The notes: a model not told the origin generated them from the sequence alone. A stretch of 60,022 nucleotides of DNA from an uncultured Verrucomicrobiales bacterium (GCA_937893495.1 CALBIE010000023.1:1-60022), one strand, 5' to 3'; positions 25,494 through 35,438 are shown, counted from the first letter of the stretch. Numbers and translations: made by a program.

Positions 25494-26862
25494 CCGGCGG
25501 CTGCCAGGGAACGCGGCCACCGTTCTGAATGTGCTTCCGAATAGCGACACTCATGGAGTTGAAAATGGCCTTGTTCGCCTGTGCGAGATTCTGCTTTTCG
25601 AAAGGGTCGTCTTTGATGTTGTAGAGTTCGAACGGTTTGAACGGGCTGTTGTGCAGGATCTTCCAATCCCCGCGAATGAGCGCCTCGATGGTCAATCCCT
25701 GATAGCTCAGGTTTCCCTCGCGCCGGCAAAAATAGAGTTCGCCGTGCGTCTGTTTCTGCGGTTTGCCAAGCAACGTCGGCAGGAATGATAGACCGTCGAT
25801 CGGGTGGTCTATTTTGACCCCCGTCAATTCAGCCAGCGTCGGGTAAATGTCCATCGTGGCGGTATTGTGGGCGCTTAGCGAACCGGCCTTGATGTGCCCC
25901 GGCCAACGGGCGATACCCGCGACGCGCAGGCCGCCATCATACACGCTTTGTTTACCATCGCGATAGGGGCCGTTGTTGGCGCCGACACTAATCTGGCCGC
26001 CGTTGTCGGAGGAAAAGATCACCAGCGTATTCTTTGACTGGCCGGTTTCATCGAGGGTCTTGAGCACCTTGCCGATGCCGTCGTCCATGTGTTCAATGAG
26101 GGCAACCAGCCTCGCGCGTTTTTCGGTGATGCCTTTCTCACGTGCCTTCACTTTCGCGACCCATTCCTCAGGCGGCTGAATCGGCGTGTGTGGCGCATTG
26201 TAGGCGAGGTAGAGGAAGAACGGTTGCTTTGCTTTCTTCCGGTCGCGGAGGTAGTCGCACGACCACTGGGTGAACAAATCCGTCGCGTGACCTTTCGGAT
26301 CAATCTCAGTCTGGTTCCGATACATGTAGTTGATCCCGTGCCGGCGGTGATTGTAATAGTCGTCCATCATGTCCCCGCGAAAGCCGTGGAAATAATCGAA
26401 CCCCCGTTCGTTCGGCGTGTTGGGGGATTCCAGACCAAGATGCCATTTTCCGACAATCGCCGTGTGATATCCGACGGTCTTCAGGATATCAGGCAGCGTT
26501 TTCAGGCTGGTATCGAGATAGCCCCACGAATCTTCGGGGCGGGTGCGAATGACACCGGGAACGCCGGCAATGTCGGGATATCGTCCCGTCATCAGCGACG
26601 CGCGGGTAGGTGAACACACGGGGCAATTCGCAAAGAAGTTTGCGAACTTCATTCCATCGTCGGCCAGTTGATCGAGGTTCGGCGATCGCAAATCCTTCGC
26701 GCCATAGCACGAGAGATCCCCCCAACCGAGATCATCCGCGAGAATGACAAGGATATTGGGCTTGTCTGCCGCCTTGATAGACAGCATATCGGCGATGAAC
26801 AGTGAGGCGCAACCGATCAGAATTGCGGTTTGTCGGCAAAACTTTTTGATGGCAGATTTCAT
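25486..26862 (-). CDS. Sulfatase (arylsulfatase / N-acetylgalactosamine-6-sulfatase-like), secreted
   Basis: The formylglycine motif is CSPTRASLMTGRYP. The metal site is ILADDLGWGD. A signal peptide follows the ATG at 26862; the track start at 26871 is TTG. Confidence 0.9.
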   Translation of the reverse strand: MKSAIKKFCRQTAILIGCASLFIADMLSIKAADKPNILVILADDLGWGDLSCYGAKDLRSPNLDQLADDGMKFANFFANCPVCSPTRASLMTGRYPDIAGVPGVIRTRPEDSWGYLDTSLKTLPDILKTVGYHTAIVGKWHLGLESPNTPNERGFDYFHGFRGDMMDDYYNHRRHGINYMYRNQTEIDPKGHATDLFTQWSCDYLRDRKKAKQPFFLYLAYNAPHTPIQPPEEWVAKVKAREKGITEKRARLVALIEHMDDGIGKVLKTLDETGQSKNTLVIFSSDNGGQISVGANNGPYRDGKQSVYDGGLRVAGIARWPGHIKAGSLSAHNTATMDIYPTLAELTGVKIDHPIDGLSFLPTLLGKPQKQTHGELYFCRREGNLSYQGLTIEALIRGDWKILHNSPFKPFELYNIKDDPFEKQNLAQANKAIFNSMSVAIRKHIQNGGRVPWQPPVK

Positions 26863-26977
26863 GGGTTTCAACAGTCTGAAAGACGATAGGATTCTCCCCG
26901 CGTATCGACCAGTTCAAAACTGACGGCGCCTGAATCGTGCTGCGGAAAAGACTGTTCTCGGACGGGTGAAAAAGGGG

Positions 26978-27128
26978 CATATTCGGGAAGAGCCCCGGAG
27001 CGCGGCGTTTACGCCGCAGAAACGTCCGCCTGCAACCATCGTCGCCGGAATACGGAAGATTTCGGCACTGCAATACCTCTGCGGACTGAAGTCCGCGCTC
27101 CTGCGGCGGGGCTTCGCCCGAATGCGCC
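26978..27128. repeat. Intercistronic repeat, copy A (about 150 bp, multi-hairpin)
   Basis: About 90% identical by hand alignment to 28661-28811 in the same orientation. It contains gcggcg-ttta-cgccgc and gcggac-tgaa-gtccgc stem-loops plus a ggggcttcgccc hairpin. Confidence 0.8.
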
Positions 27129-27152
27129 CGTGAAGGAGCGGACGAGCCGTGC

Positions 27153-28589
27153 TTACGCCATGATCTCGTGCACGACGTGGCCGTGGACATCGGTCAGGCG
27201 GAAATCACGGCCGTCGTGACGGAAAGTCAGATGCTCGTGATCCATTCCAAGCAGATGAAGCAGGGTCGCGTGCCAGTCATGCATGTGGACCTTGTCCTGA
27301 ATCGCGTGGTGTCCGTACTCATCGGTCTCGCCAAAACTGAAGCCCGGCTTCACTCCGCCACCAGCGAGGAATATGCTGAATCCCGACGGATTATGATCAC
27401 GCCCGGTGCCATTGCTTTGCGCATAAGGAGTTCGTCCAAATTCGCCTCCCCACCAGACGAGTGTGTCTTCTAGCAAACCTCGCTGCTTGAGATCGGCCAA
27501 TAGTCCGGCCACGGGCTGATCCGTGTTGAAGGCATGCTCTTCATGCTTGGGCAGATTGGAGTGTTGATCCCAACGCGGGTTGTTGGTGTTGTCGCCGTAG
27601 TTGACCTGAATGTAGCGAACGCCGGACTCGGCCAGGCGCCGCGCCATGAGACATTGGCGGCCGAAATCGTCCGTTCCCTTGTCGCCAATGCCGTAAAGTT
27701 TTTTCACCGATTCAGGCTCCCTGGAAAGATCCATCACATCGGGCGCGTGATGCTGCATTCGCCAGGCAAGTTCGTACGAATTGATGACCGCGTCCAGTTC
27801 CGCATCACCGGCGTCGCCGCGCGATTGTTCGGCGTTGATGGCGCGGAGCAGATTAAATTGTTCGCGCTGGTCTTTTGCGGAAAGGAGATGGTTCGTCAGA
27901 TTGCGAATCTTCGCATCGTCGGCCGACACACCGGCGCGCCCAACCGCGGTTCCCTGAAAGACCGCGGGCAGAAAGGCATTGCTGTAGTTGCGCGGACCGC
28001 CATTGCCCATCGACGGTTGAATCGTGACGAAGCCCGGGAGGTTATTATTCTCGCTGCCGAGTCCGTAGAGTACCCATGAGCCAATCGATGGTCGGACCAG
28101 ATTGATGGAGCCCGTGTGCATGAACAACGTGGAAGGTCCGTGCGCCACGCCATCGGTATGCATGCTCTTGACGAAACACAGGTCGTCCACATGCCGGGCG
28201 ATGTGCGGGAACAACGTCGAGACATGCTGGCCGCATTGTCCGTATGGTTTGAACTCCCACAGATTTTGATAGACCCGGTGCTCCTTGATTTCCTTCGTTT
28301 TTGCGAGCGTTCGTGCATCGTCGAACCGGACCATCTTCCCGTTCTCCTTCTCAAGACGCGGCTTGTAGTCAAAGGTATCGACGTGACTCGGACCACCCTG
28401 CATGAACAGGAAGATCACGCGCTTGGCCCGAGGCGCGAACTGTGGTTGGCGAGCGAGCAAAGGATTAACGACACCCGCCATGGCCTCACGATGCGCGAGA
28501 CCAGCCGCAGCCAGATAACCAAAGCCGCAGCCCATCGATTTAAGGGCCTGCCGGCGGGAAAACGTCGGTCTGTTGTTGAACCAGTCCAT
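27153..28589 (-). CDS. DUF1501 domain-containing protein (sulfatase-fold) with Tat signal
   Basis: The signal is SRRQALKSMGCGFGYLAAAG. The sequence continues VIFLFMQGGPSHVDTFDYKP...WGGEFGRTP...GRDHN, the typical DUF1501 pattern. It sits next to a DUF1549/1553 gene, as is usual. Confidence 0.9.
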   Translation of the reverse strand: MDWFNNRPTFSRRQALKSMGCGFGYLAAAGLAHREAMAGVVNPLLARQPQFAPRAKRVIFLFMQGGPSHVDTFDYKPRLEKENGKMVRFDDARTLAKTKEIKEHRVYQNLWEFKPYGQCGQHVSTLFPHIARHVDDLCFVKSMHTDGVAHGPSTLFMHTGSINLVRPSIGSWVLYGLGSENNNLPGFVTIQPSMGNGGPRNYSNAFLPAVFQGTAVGRAGVSADDAKIRNLTNHLLSAKDQREQFNLLRAINAEQSRGDAGDAELDAVINSYELAWRMQHHAPDVMDLSREPESVKKLYGIGDKGTDDFGRQCLMARRLAESGVRYIQVNYGDNTNNPRWDQHSNLPKHEEHAFNTDQPVAGLLADLKQRGLLEDTLVWWGGEFGRTPYAQSNGTGRDHNPSGFSIFLAGGGVKPGFSFGETDEYGHHAIQDKVHMHDWHATLLHLLGMDHEHLTFRHDGRDFRLTDVHGHVVHEIMA

Positions 28590-28660
28590 AAGTGAGAGGT
28601 TACTATCTCATACTACATCGCTTGGGCAATTGCCAATATTGACGGCAAAAACAATTGGGC

Positions 28661-28811
28661 GCATTCGGGTGGTGCCCCCGGCGCGCGGCGTTTACGCCGC
28701 AGAAACGTCCACCTGCAACCATTGTCACCGGGATACGGAAGATTTCTGCACTGCAACGCCTCTGCGGACTGAAGTCCGCGCTCCCGCTGTGGGGGCTTCG
28801 CCCGAAGGCGT
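28661..28811. repeat. Intercistronic repeat, copy B
   Basis: This is the same element as 26978-27128, with the same three hairpins conserved. It lies between the DUF1549/1553 stop and the DUF1501 start. Confidence 0.8.
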
Positions 28812-28827
28812 CCAAAACGATTCCAAG

Positions 28828-31800
28828 TCAGTGCAAATACCGAAAATCGAGGCTCTGAAACAGTGTCTGGTAAAACATCTGCCAGCGATTTAACTCGTCT
28901 TCGGGTCCAATAAACTTTCTGGTCAGGTCCAGTTCACGAGCGGTCGGTTTGCGACCAAGGACCTGAAGATAGGCCATGTCGATTCGCTCTTGAGTCGTCA
29001 ATTCACTCCGCTTTAAAAGCGTTTTGGCTGCTGCTTCAGCGCTGTTGATGACGAACGGATTGTTCAACAACAGCAGGGCCTGTGGGGCGATGGTGCTGCT
29101 GGTTCGTCTTCCGTTCTGGATATTTGGATCAGCGAAGTCAAATGTCTCGAAAATCTCCGGTAAGGCATTGCGAAAGACTGGCAGATAGACGCTGCGACGC
29201 GTGCTCTCGAATTGGTAGCCGTACTCACTTTTAGTCCCGCTTTTGATGTTTGAGCCGCCGACCTTCAAGTCAAGCTGACCGCTCACAAACAGGAAGGCAT
29301 CTCGAATGCATTCCGCGTCGAGTCGCTTGCGATTCATGCGCGCGAGCAGCCGATTGTCCGGGTCCACTTTAAGCGCGGCGGAATCAGATGCCGTGCTCAT
29401 CTGATAAGTACGGGATAAAACAATTTTGCGAATCAGTTGCTTGAGCGACCAACCGTTTTCCATCAGGGAAGCTGCCAGGTAATCCAACAGTTCCGGATGC
29501 GAGGGGCGTTCGCCAGTCGCGCCGAAACTATCCACGGTGCGCACGATTCCCTGGCCGACAAGCCAGTGCCAGATGCGGTTGACAATGACCCTGGACGTCA
29601 GTGGATTGCCCGGGTCAGCCAGCCATTCCGCCAGGTCGATGCGCCCACTTTTTCCGTCTGGTATTGAAGGCATTGGTCCAAGGGTGGCGATCTGTAGCAT
29701 GCCGCGGCTGACAATCGGTCCCTTATTGTGAACGACTCCACGAATGGCCAGCGGGATGTCGCCCACCTCTTCCTCTTCCGTCACTGCCATGGCAATGGGC
29801 CGCGCGGGCCCGCTCTTTTCCAGCCCGGTAATTTCCTTCCCGAGCTTCGCAATCTGGCTGCTCAGTTCCGATCGGTGTTTTTCAGCCTCACGGCTGGCCT
29901 CGGCCGCCGCAAGTTCGGCGGCATTCTGCTGGCGAATAAACTGGACCGAATCGACGATGACATACTTGCCCTCGGTGCCTTCGTTCGAAATCGTGACGGA
30001 ACCTTTTCGGCCCCGTTCAAAGCGAAACTTTCCGAGCGAACGAAAGAGATTGTCGATCGGCGCCGCCTCGCCTTCATTGACGCGAAGAACTGTCTCACCA
30101 TCGGCATGGCGAATCGTTACCGGTGCGTTGGTCGAGCGGCGAATGTTGGTGTTGTGCGAGAGGCGCACTTCGTATATTCCCGATTGCGAAAGGTTTGGTG
30201 TAAAGGTCGCGGACTTTTCTCCTTTTCCAGTCTTCTGGTCGTGAAGGTAGCCGGCGCCAACGAACGGCGGCGTGTGAACCGATTGACCCCATTCTCCCAC
30301 CAACTGTGCTTCGGTATCGTCGAGCACGATTCCGGGCAGCTTGGATGAATCTGAAACGATGAATTTGATGTTTTCCGGGATATCGACCTCGTCCGGATTG
30401 GGCAGGGACGGAACAGCCCTGGCGACCGTCGCTCCAGACTTTGGAATGAACAATACAGCGTCGGCGATGACCACTCCGTCGTCCGTGTCTTCGTTAGAAA
30501 GCACGACACGTGGATTGGCACGGGGATCGAATTCGTATTCACCCAGCGAAGTACGATAACCCTCGATTGGACCCGTTGCCTTTTGATTGACACGAATCGT
30601 TTTGCTGCCGCCGGTGAAGTGAATCGTCACGGGTACATTGGCCGAACGATTGCTGAAAGGCACGCAGGCGATCTGCACTTCGTATCGTCCGGCTTTGGGA
30701 AGTTCCGGTGAAAACGTAATGGTTTTCGCTCCCTTGTCCTCGTTGGCGTCATGAATGTAGCCATCGCCGACATAAAACTTCGTCGATGTAGAGCTTGTCC
30801 AGTTGCCTTCCCGCGTCGCTTTCGAGTCATCAACGACAATTCCCGGCAGGGAGTCGAGGGGAATGGATTTGCCGGACGCCGCAGCCTTCTTTTTATCCAA
30901 CTTGCCGCCCAGCTTGTTGAACTCGGCCTTCAGTTTGGTCAATTGAGAATTCAACGCAGCCAGTTTCTCTGAATGCAATGCGTGGACTTTTTCCTCTTCC
31001 GGCGGCAGTGGCAGTCCGGTTTCGTTCCACTTTGAGACATTGGAGTGAATGACCGATTTCGTGCTCTTGAGAATGCCGGCCATGGCGTAATAGTCCTTCG
31101 TCGGAATGGGATCAAACTTGTGATCATGACAACGTGCGCAGCCGATGGTCATTCCCATGAAGGCTTTCCCCATCGTGTCAAGTTGCTCGTCGATGATGTC
31201 CATCTCAAGCATGTCCTTGTCCTGCAGTTCGTAATTGGTCGGTCCCAGAACGAGAAAAGCGGTCGCGGTAATCTGCCGCCGCCGCTCGCGCCAGTCAGCG
31301 GTCTCAGTCAGGTCGCCGGCGATCTGTTCGCGGATGAATCGATCATACGGCAGGTCGTCGTTGAAAGCGTCAATGACGTAGTCCCGATAACGCCAGGCAT
31401 TCGGCATCAGGAGCGTTCGCCCGCCACCGCTCGATTCGGCGAAGCGAACGACATCCAGCCAGTGCCGTCCCCAGCGTTCACCAAAGTGCTTCGATGCCAG
31501 CAGGCGATCAACGAGAGTCTCGTAGGCTTTGTCCGAACGATCATCCGCGAACGCGCCAATCTGTTCTGGTGTCGGTGGCAGTCCGAGAAGATCGAAGAAA
31601 AGCCGGCGAATCAGGGTGGCTTTGCCAGCGTCGCTTGCGGGCTGCAACTTTGCGGCGTTCAAGCGGTCGATAATGAAGCGGTCGATATCCGATCGCGACC
31701 AGGCGGATTGGTCGGACGCTGGAACGGCCGGCTTCCTGATAGGCTGGAAAGACCAGAAACCACGACCTTCTTCGACGGTTGGCTCCAGCCGTCTTTTCGC

Positions 31801-32223
31801 CACATGAGGGATGGTCTTCCGCGGATCCGGTGCACCCAGTTTGACCCATTCCTCAAACGCCCGAATGGTTGCGGTCGGCAACTTTCCTTTCGGAGGCATT
31901 TTCAGGTCGGCACTTTCGTAACGGACCGCCTTGATCAGGAGGCTTGCATCGAGTTCACCGGGGATGAGTGCCTGCCCATTGTCGCCACCCTTCAACCAGC
32001 CGGCCCGTGAATCCAGGCGAAGGCCACCTTTTTGCTTTTTCTCACCATGGCACTTGCCGCACGTCTCGACGAACACCGGCCGAATCTGTTTCTCAAACAG
32101 TTCCAATCCGGCATCCGCGCTTTTTACCGAGGCAATACCAAGCAACCAGATAAAAACGACGGAGCCCATTCGTGCGGCTAATCGGTGTCTGACCGGAATT
32201 GTCGATGAATGACTGGTGACCAC
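28828..32223 (-). CDS. PSCyt/DUF1549/DUF1553 (PSD1) protein with two internal beta-sandwich-like repeats
   Basis: The N-terminus has CGKCHG. DUF1549 reads FFDLLGLPPTPEQ...RWGRHWLDVVRFAES. DUF1553 reads CARCHDHKFDPI. The PSD1 C-terminus is present. An alternative ATG at 32169 gives the signal peptide MGSVVFIWLLG. Confidence 0.9.
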   Translation of the reverse strand: MVTSHSSTIPVRHRLAARMGSVVFIWLLGIASVKSADAGLELFEKQIRPVFVETCGKCHGEKKQKGGLRLDSRAGWLKGGDNGQALIPGELDASLLIKAVRYESADLKMPPKGKLPTATIRAFEEWVKLGAPDPRKTIPHVAKRRLEPTVEEGRGFWSFQPIRKPAVPASDQSAWSRSDIDRFIIDRLNAAKLQPASDAGKATLIRRLFFDLLGLPPTPEQIGAFADDRSDKAYETLVDRLLASKHFGERWGRHWLDVVRFAESSGGGRTLLMPNAWRYRDYVIDAFNDDLPYDRFIREQIAGDLTETADWRERRRQITATAFLVLGPTNYELQDKDMLEMDIIDEQLDTMGKAFMGMTIGCARCHDHKFDPIPTKDYYAMAGILKSTKSVIHSNVSKWNETGLPLPPEEEKVHALHSEKLAALNSQLTKLKAEFNKLGGKLDKKKAAASGKSIPLDSLPGIVVDDSKATREGNWTSSTSTKFYVGDGYIHDANEDKGAKTITFSPELPKAGRYEVQIACVPFSNRSANVPVTIHFTGGSKTIRVNQKATGPIEGYRTSLGEYEFDPRANPRVVLSNEDTDDGVVIADAVLFIPKSGATVARAVPSLPNPDEVDIPENIKFIVSDSSKLPGIVLDDTEAQLVGEWGQSVHTPPFVGAGYLHDQKTGKGEKSATFTPNLSQSGIYEVRLSHNTNIRRSTNAPVTIRHADGETVLRVNEGEAAPIDNLFRSLGKFRFERGRKGSVTISNEGTEGKYVIVDSVQFIRQQNAAELAAAEASREAEKHRSELSSQIAKLGKEITGLEKSGPARPIAMAVTEEEEVGDIPLAIRGVVHNKGPIVSRGMLQIATLGPMPSIPDGKSGRIDLAEWLADPGNPLTSRVIVNRIWHWLVGQGIVRTVDSFGATGERPSHPELLDYLAASLMENGWSLKQLIRKIVLSRTYQMSTASDSAALKVDPDNRLLARMNRKRLDAECIRDAFLFVSGQLDLKVGGSNIKSGTKSEYGYQFESTRRSVYLPVFRNALPEIFETFDFADPNIQNGRRTSSTIAPQALLLLNNPFVINSAEAAAKTLLKRSELTTQERIDMAYLQVLGRKPTARELDLTRKFIGPEDELNRWQMFYQTLFQSLDFRYLH

Positions 32224-32274
32224 GGTATGTTTCCAGACGGAGAATGGAGACTGCTTATTTAAATTGGAAATCGA

Positions 32275-33441
32275 TCAGGAAACGTCCCCGATGGACAGCC
32301 ATCCGCGTGTGGGTTCAGGAATCGGCACGACCGACATCGGCACTTCTGGACTTTCGATCAGCAGATTGTCGATGCGGCGGCGGGTCAGGATGTCGCCGGT
32401 AGAAAGTAAAACGATCTGCGATGTTTCCGGGGACATGACCTGTTCAAGAACGACGTCGCCGGGCTGCAGGTCTTTGGCTGAGCGATTGATTGGCGCAAGC
32501 GTACGTGAAAACTCACTGACGGTTACGAAGGATTCGCCCAGTTGAATCGAATAACGGGCTGACGCTGATTGGCTGGCCAGGGTTTCCTGCTTCTCCCTGG
32601 ACAATTGCACGGCCATCAGACTGATCAATCCGGAGGACTGTTTCAATCTGCCGATGGAGCCGGTGTTCGGAATCAAGTGTACGGTCTCGACGAGTACGTC
32701 CTGCAATTCGATTGCCGAGCGCGCGCTGCGTTGCAACACGGCCCGGCAGATTTCGTGCGCCGCGCCGCGCTGAACATCCAGACGGAGATCCGTCCAAGTC
32801 TGTTCCCGGGTAAGATAGAGTGGCAGCCAGATGGAGAATTCCGGCGCGCGCCCGGATTCGATCTCCGCAGTCACCGTCGCCGAACTTAGCCCGACTTCCT
32901 TGAAGGCATTGGCCAGCAAAGTGGGTAATTCTGTTTTGCCGGCAACCGGTTCGGTTGAATCATTTGCGGCGGTCGCGTTGATTTGACGATTTCCGGCAAT
33001 TTCGCCCAGAAGATTGTGCCGGCGCACCAGTCGTTCCAATTCAGAAATCGTCTTGCGCAACTGTGCATCGTGCTTGAGCGCCCGCTCCGCCACTCGCAGA
33101 CGCGCTTGGAGTTCCGCGAGGTCGCATGGCTTGACCAGGTAGTCATCGGCCCCCGCCTCCAGCCCCTTCACGATATCCAACTTGCTGTTTCGCGAACTCA
33201 GCAGGATGACATAAGGCCGGACCGGTCTCTTGAGGGCGCGCAGTCGTGAACAAACCTCCAGTCCGGACATTCGTGGCATCATCCAATCGAATATCGCCAG
33301 GCTGGGCGCCATATTGCTCTGCAGGGCAGCCCACGCCTCGGCACCATCGTTGACGACGTGCGTTTCATAACCGAACCGGGAGAGAAAACTGGCGATGATG
33401 CGGCGACTGATTTCGTCGTCGTCTGCGAGAATGATTTTCAT
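32275..33441 (-). CDS. Response regulator (REC domain) with an uncharacterised about 270-aa C-terminal region
   Basis: The REC domain is MKIILADDDEISRR...AIFDWMMPRMSGLEV...LLSSRNS...AGADDYLVKP. The C-terminal LQPGDVVLE...VLLSTGD faintly resembles FliN/SpoA-type motifs; this is tentative. Confidence 0.8.
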   Translation of the reverse strand: MKIILADDDEISRRIIASFLSRFGYETHVVNDGAEAWAALQSNMAPSLAIFDWMMPRMSGLEVCSRLRALKRPVRPYVILLSSRNSKLDIVKGLEAGADDYLVKPCDLAELQARLRVAERALKHDAQLRKTISELERLVRRHNLLGEIAGNRQINATAANDSTEPVAGKTELPTLLANAFKEVGLSSATVTAEIESGRAPEFSIWLPLYLTREQTWTDLRLDVQRGAAHEICRAVLQRSARSAIELQDVLVETVHLIPNTGSIGRLKQSSGLISLMAVQLSREKQETLASQSASARYSIQLGESFVTVSEFSRTLAPINRSAKDLQPGDVVLEQVMSPETSQIVLLSTGDILTRRRIDNLLIESPEVPMSVVPIPEPTRGWLSIGDVS

Positions 33442-33682
33442 GGTGCTATCTGCTGACCAGCCACGGCGAAACAAAGTTATCGAGTACGCCACCGGCTTTG
33501 ACGACGAATTCTAGTAGAAACGTCGTATTCTTCAAGCGCAGGCGTATGCCGAGTCATTGGCTGGAACAATCCGTTTGATTAGGGATTTCCCGATAGCCGT
33601 TCTACCCAGCGCTTACAATACTTGGCTTGAATCGCCCGGTGACGCGAGTAACCTTTTTTGCGACAGGTAAGATTCGGCCAGC

Positions 33683-34084
33683 ATGAAAGCCTCAGAACAA
33701 TTGGAAAGCGGTGTTTCCTTTAACGCCAAAGCCAGCCGCCATGTTTTCCAGATGTGGCTGGTGGACCTTGAGACCGGCCAGCGCCTGGGGAAGGACGGTC
33801 AGCCGGTTTCAGACAACAGCGAGACGTTTATTGCATCAGCGAATTCCGAAACGGTTCTGATGACTCTCCGCAGCGAGTTGTTGGATCGCTTTGCCTACGC
33901 GTCGGTAGCCATTCGGGATTTGCGAACAGGGAAGGAGCGTCGTTTTACCAGTCCGCATCTGGACCAATACACGCGGGAACGGATCCAGTATCTCGAATGG
34001 TGCCGTCGCGGCATGTTGCGCAAGCTGTTTGGTGCGAAACCGGAACTGACGTACTACCGACCTGATCGGCTGGTCCATAAGTAG
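33683..34084 (+). CDS. Hypothetical protein
   Basis: A 133-aa ORF in an otherwise empty gap. No overlapping recognised gene and no family recognised. Confidence 0.4.
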   Translation: MKASEQLESGVSFNAKASRHVFQMWLVDLETGQRLGKDGQPVSDNSETFIASANSETVLMTLRSELLDRFAYASVAIRDLRTGKERRFTSPHLDQYTRERIQYLEWCRRGMLRKLFGAKPELTYYRPDRLVHK

Positions 34085-34156
34085 CACGGTTGCAACAATG
34101 CTTTAAGAATCCGGCTGGTCAAGAATAGCTACGGCTCGTATTGATCGTCACGCGAC

Positions 34157-35197
34157 ATGCCGGTCATCGAAGTCAAAAAACTCTCTAAAACCTACCGAAC
34201 CTACCAGAAGCAACCGGGCATTGCCGGAGCCTTCAAAGGATTGTTCCACCGCGAGTATGAACAGGTACACGCCGCGCGTGACGTGAGCTTCACGGTTGAG
34301 GAGGGAGAGTTGGTCGGATTTCTCGGGCCCAACGGTGCGGGCAAAACCACGACCTTGAAAATGCTCTCCGGGTTGCTTTATCCGACCGAGGGCACGGCGC
34401 GCGTGCTTGGTCATGTGCCTTGGGAGCGTGATGACGGATATCGTCGGCAATTCGCGCTATTGCTGGGTCAGAAAAACCAATTGTGGTGGGACCTGCCGGC
34501 GCGCGAATCGCTGGAACTGAACGCGAAGATTTACGGTATTTCGGATCGGCAACGCGACGAGATCGTGGAGGAACTCACCGGCCTGTTGGAGGTGAAGGAC
34601 AAGCTTAACGTGATGGTGCGCGAATTGTCGCTGGGCGAGCGGATGAAAATGGAACTCATTGCCGCGCTGCTGCATCAACCGAAGGTATTGTTTCTTGATG
34701 AGCCGACGATTGGCCTGGACGTGCTTTCGCAGAAGAAGGTGCGCGAGTTTCTCCGGCACCACAATGCGATGCGCAAGACGACCGTGCTCCTGACGAGCCA
34801 TTACATGGCCGACATCGAGGAGCTTTGCCAACGGGTCATTGTCATCGATCACGGCACGATTTTTTTTGACGGGAAGCTGAGTGAAATTATCGACCGCTTC
34901 GCCGATTTCAAGCTGGTCACGATCGAATGTGATCGGGCCGACCAACTGCCGCGCGCGAAACTGGCGGCACTGGGTGAGTTGGTGGAACAGACCCCGGCGC
35001 AAATCCGGTTGAAGGTGAAGCGCAATCGCGTGGTCCCGGTCTGCAAAAGCCTGTTCGACGAGCTCGACATCAAGGACATCGACATCGAGGAGGTCCCCAT
35101 CGAGGACATCATCCGCGATCTGTTTGACCGGAACGACGCGACGCAACGGGGGAGCACAGCCGGCCCGGCTGTCCATTCCGGCGGCTCGCCGGAGTGA
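34157..35197 (+). CDS. ABC transporter ATP-binding protein (ABC-2 type)
   Basis: Walker A is GPNGAGKTT, the signature is LSLGERMK, Walker B is LFLDEPTIGLD, and the H-loop is TSHYM. No permease gene lies adjacent. Confidence 0.9.
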   Translation: MPVIEVKKLSKTYRTYQKQPGIAGAFKGLFHREYEQVHAARDVSFTVEEGELVGFLGPNGAGKTTTLKMLSGLLYPTEGTARVLGHVPWERDDGYRRQFALLLGQKNQLWWDLPARESLELNAKIYGISDRQRDEIVEELTGLLEVKDKLNVMVRELSLGERMKMELIAALLHQPKVLFLDEPTIGLDVLSQKKVREFLRHHNAMRKTTVLLTSHYMADIEELCQRVIVIDHGTIFFDGKLSEIIDRFADFKLVTIECDRADQLPRAKLAALGELVEQTPAQIRLKVKRNRVVPVCKSLFDELDIKDIDIEEVPIEDIIRDLFDRNDATQRGSTAGPAVHSGGSPE

Positions 35198-35211
35198 TCG
35201 GTGGGTCCGCC

Positions 35212-35424
35212 TTAATTCAACCCGCAACGCCCGCAGGCGCTTGGGGTGCCGCTGCACGGAGGCAGGTCGTCCGCGCCATCGCCACCCGAGGCGAAGACGG
35301 AAAGTTTCTTCTCCAGTTTGAGTGAGCCGCAGTGCGGGCACTTGGTACCTTTCCAAGCCGTCGTGCGGACCAGCACTTCGCTGTCCTTGCTGCAGCTTCC
35401 ACAATGAAACTCGTAAATCGGCAT
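35212..35424 (-). CDS. FmdB-family zinc-ribbon protein
   Basis: MPIYEFHCGSCSKDSEVL...CPHCGS is the CxxC...CxxC FmdB signature. The protein is 70 aa. Confidence 0.85.
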   Translation of the reverse strand: MPIYEFHCGSCSKDSEVLVRTTAWKGTKCPHCGSLKLEKKLSVFASGGDGADDLPPCSGTPSACGRCGLN

Positions 35425-35438
35425 GAGAATTTTCTACC

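Noticed and set aside
26732-27190. 152-aa minus-strand ORF (and 28573..28893, 28603..28815, 28655..28858) covering the intercistronic repeats
   Set aside because: The ORFs coincide with the two copies of the about 150-bp hairpin repeat and overlap the ends of real genes. The repeat is better explained as an RNA/DNA element.
32275-32500. PilZ-like motif (RRRID ... DVS) at the C-terminus of the response regulator
   Set aside because: The order and spacing do not match RxxxR...D/NxSxxG, and the protein ends before a full PilZ barrel could fit. The resemblance to FliN/SpoA is also only tentative.
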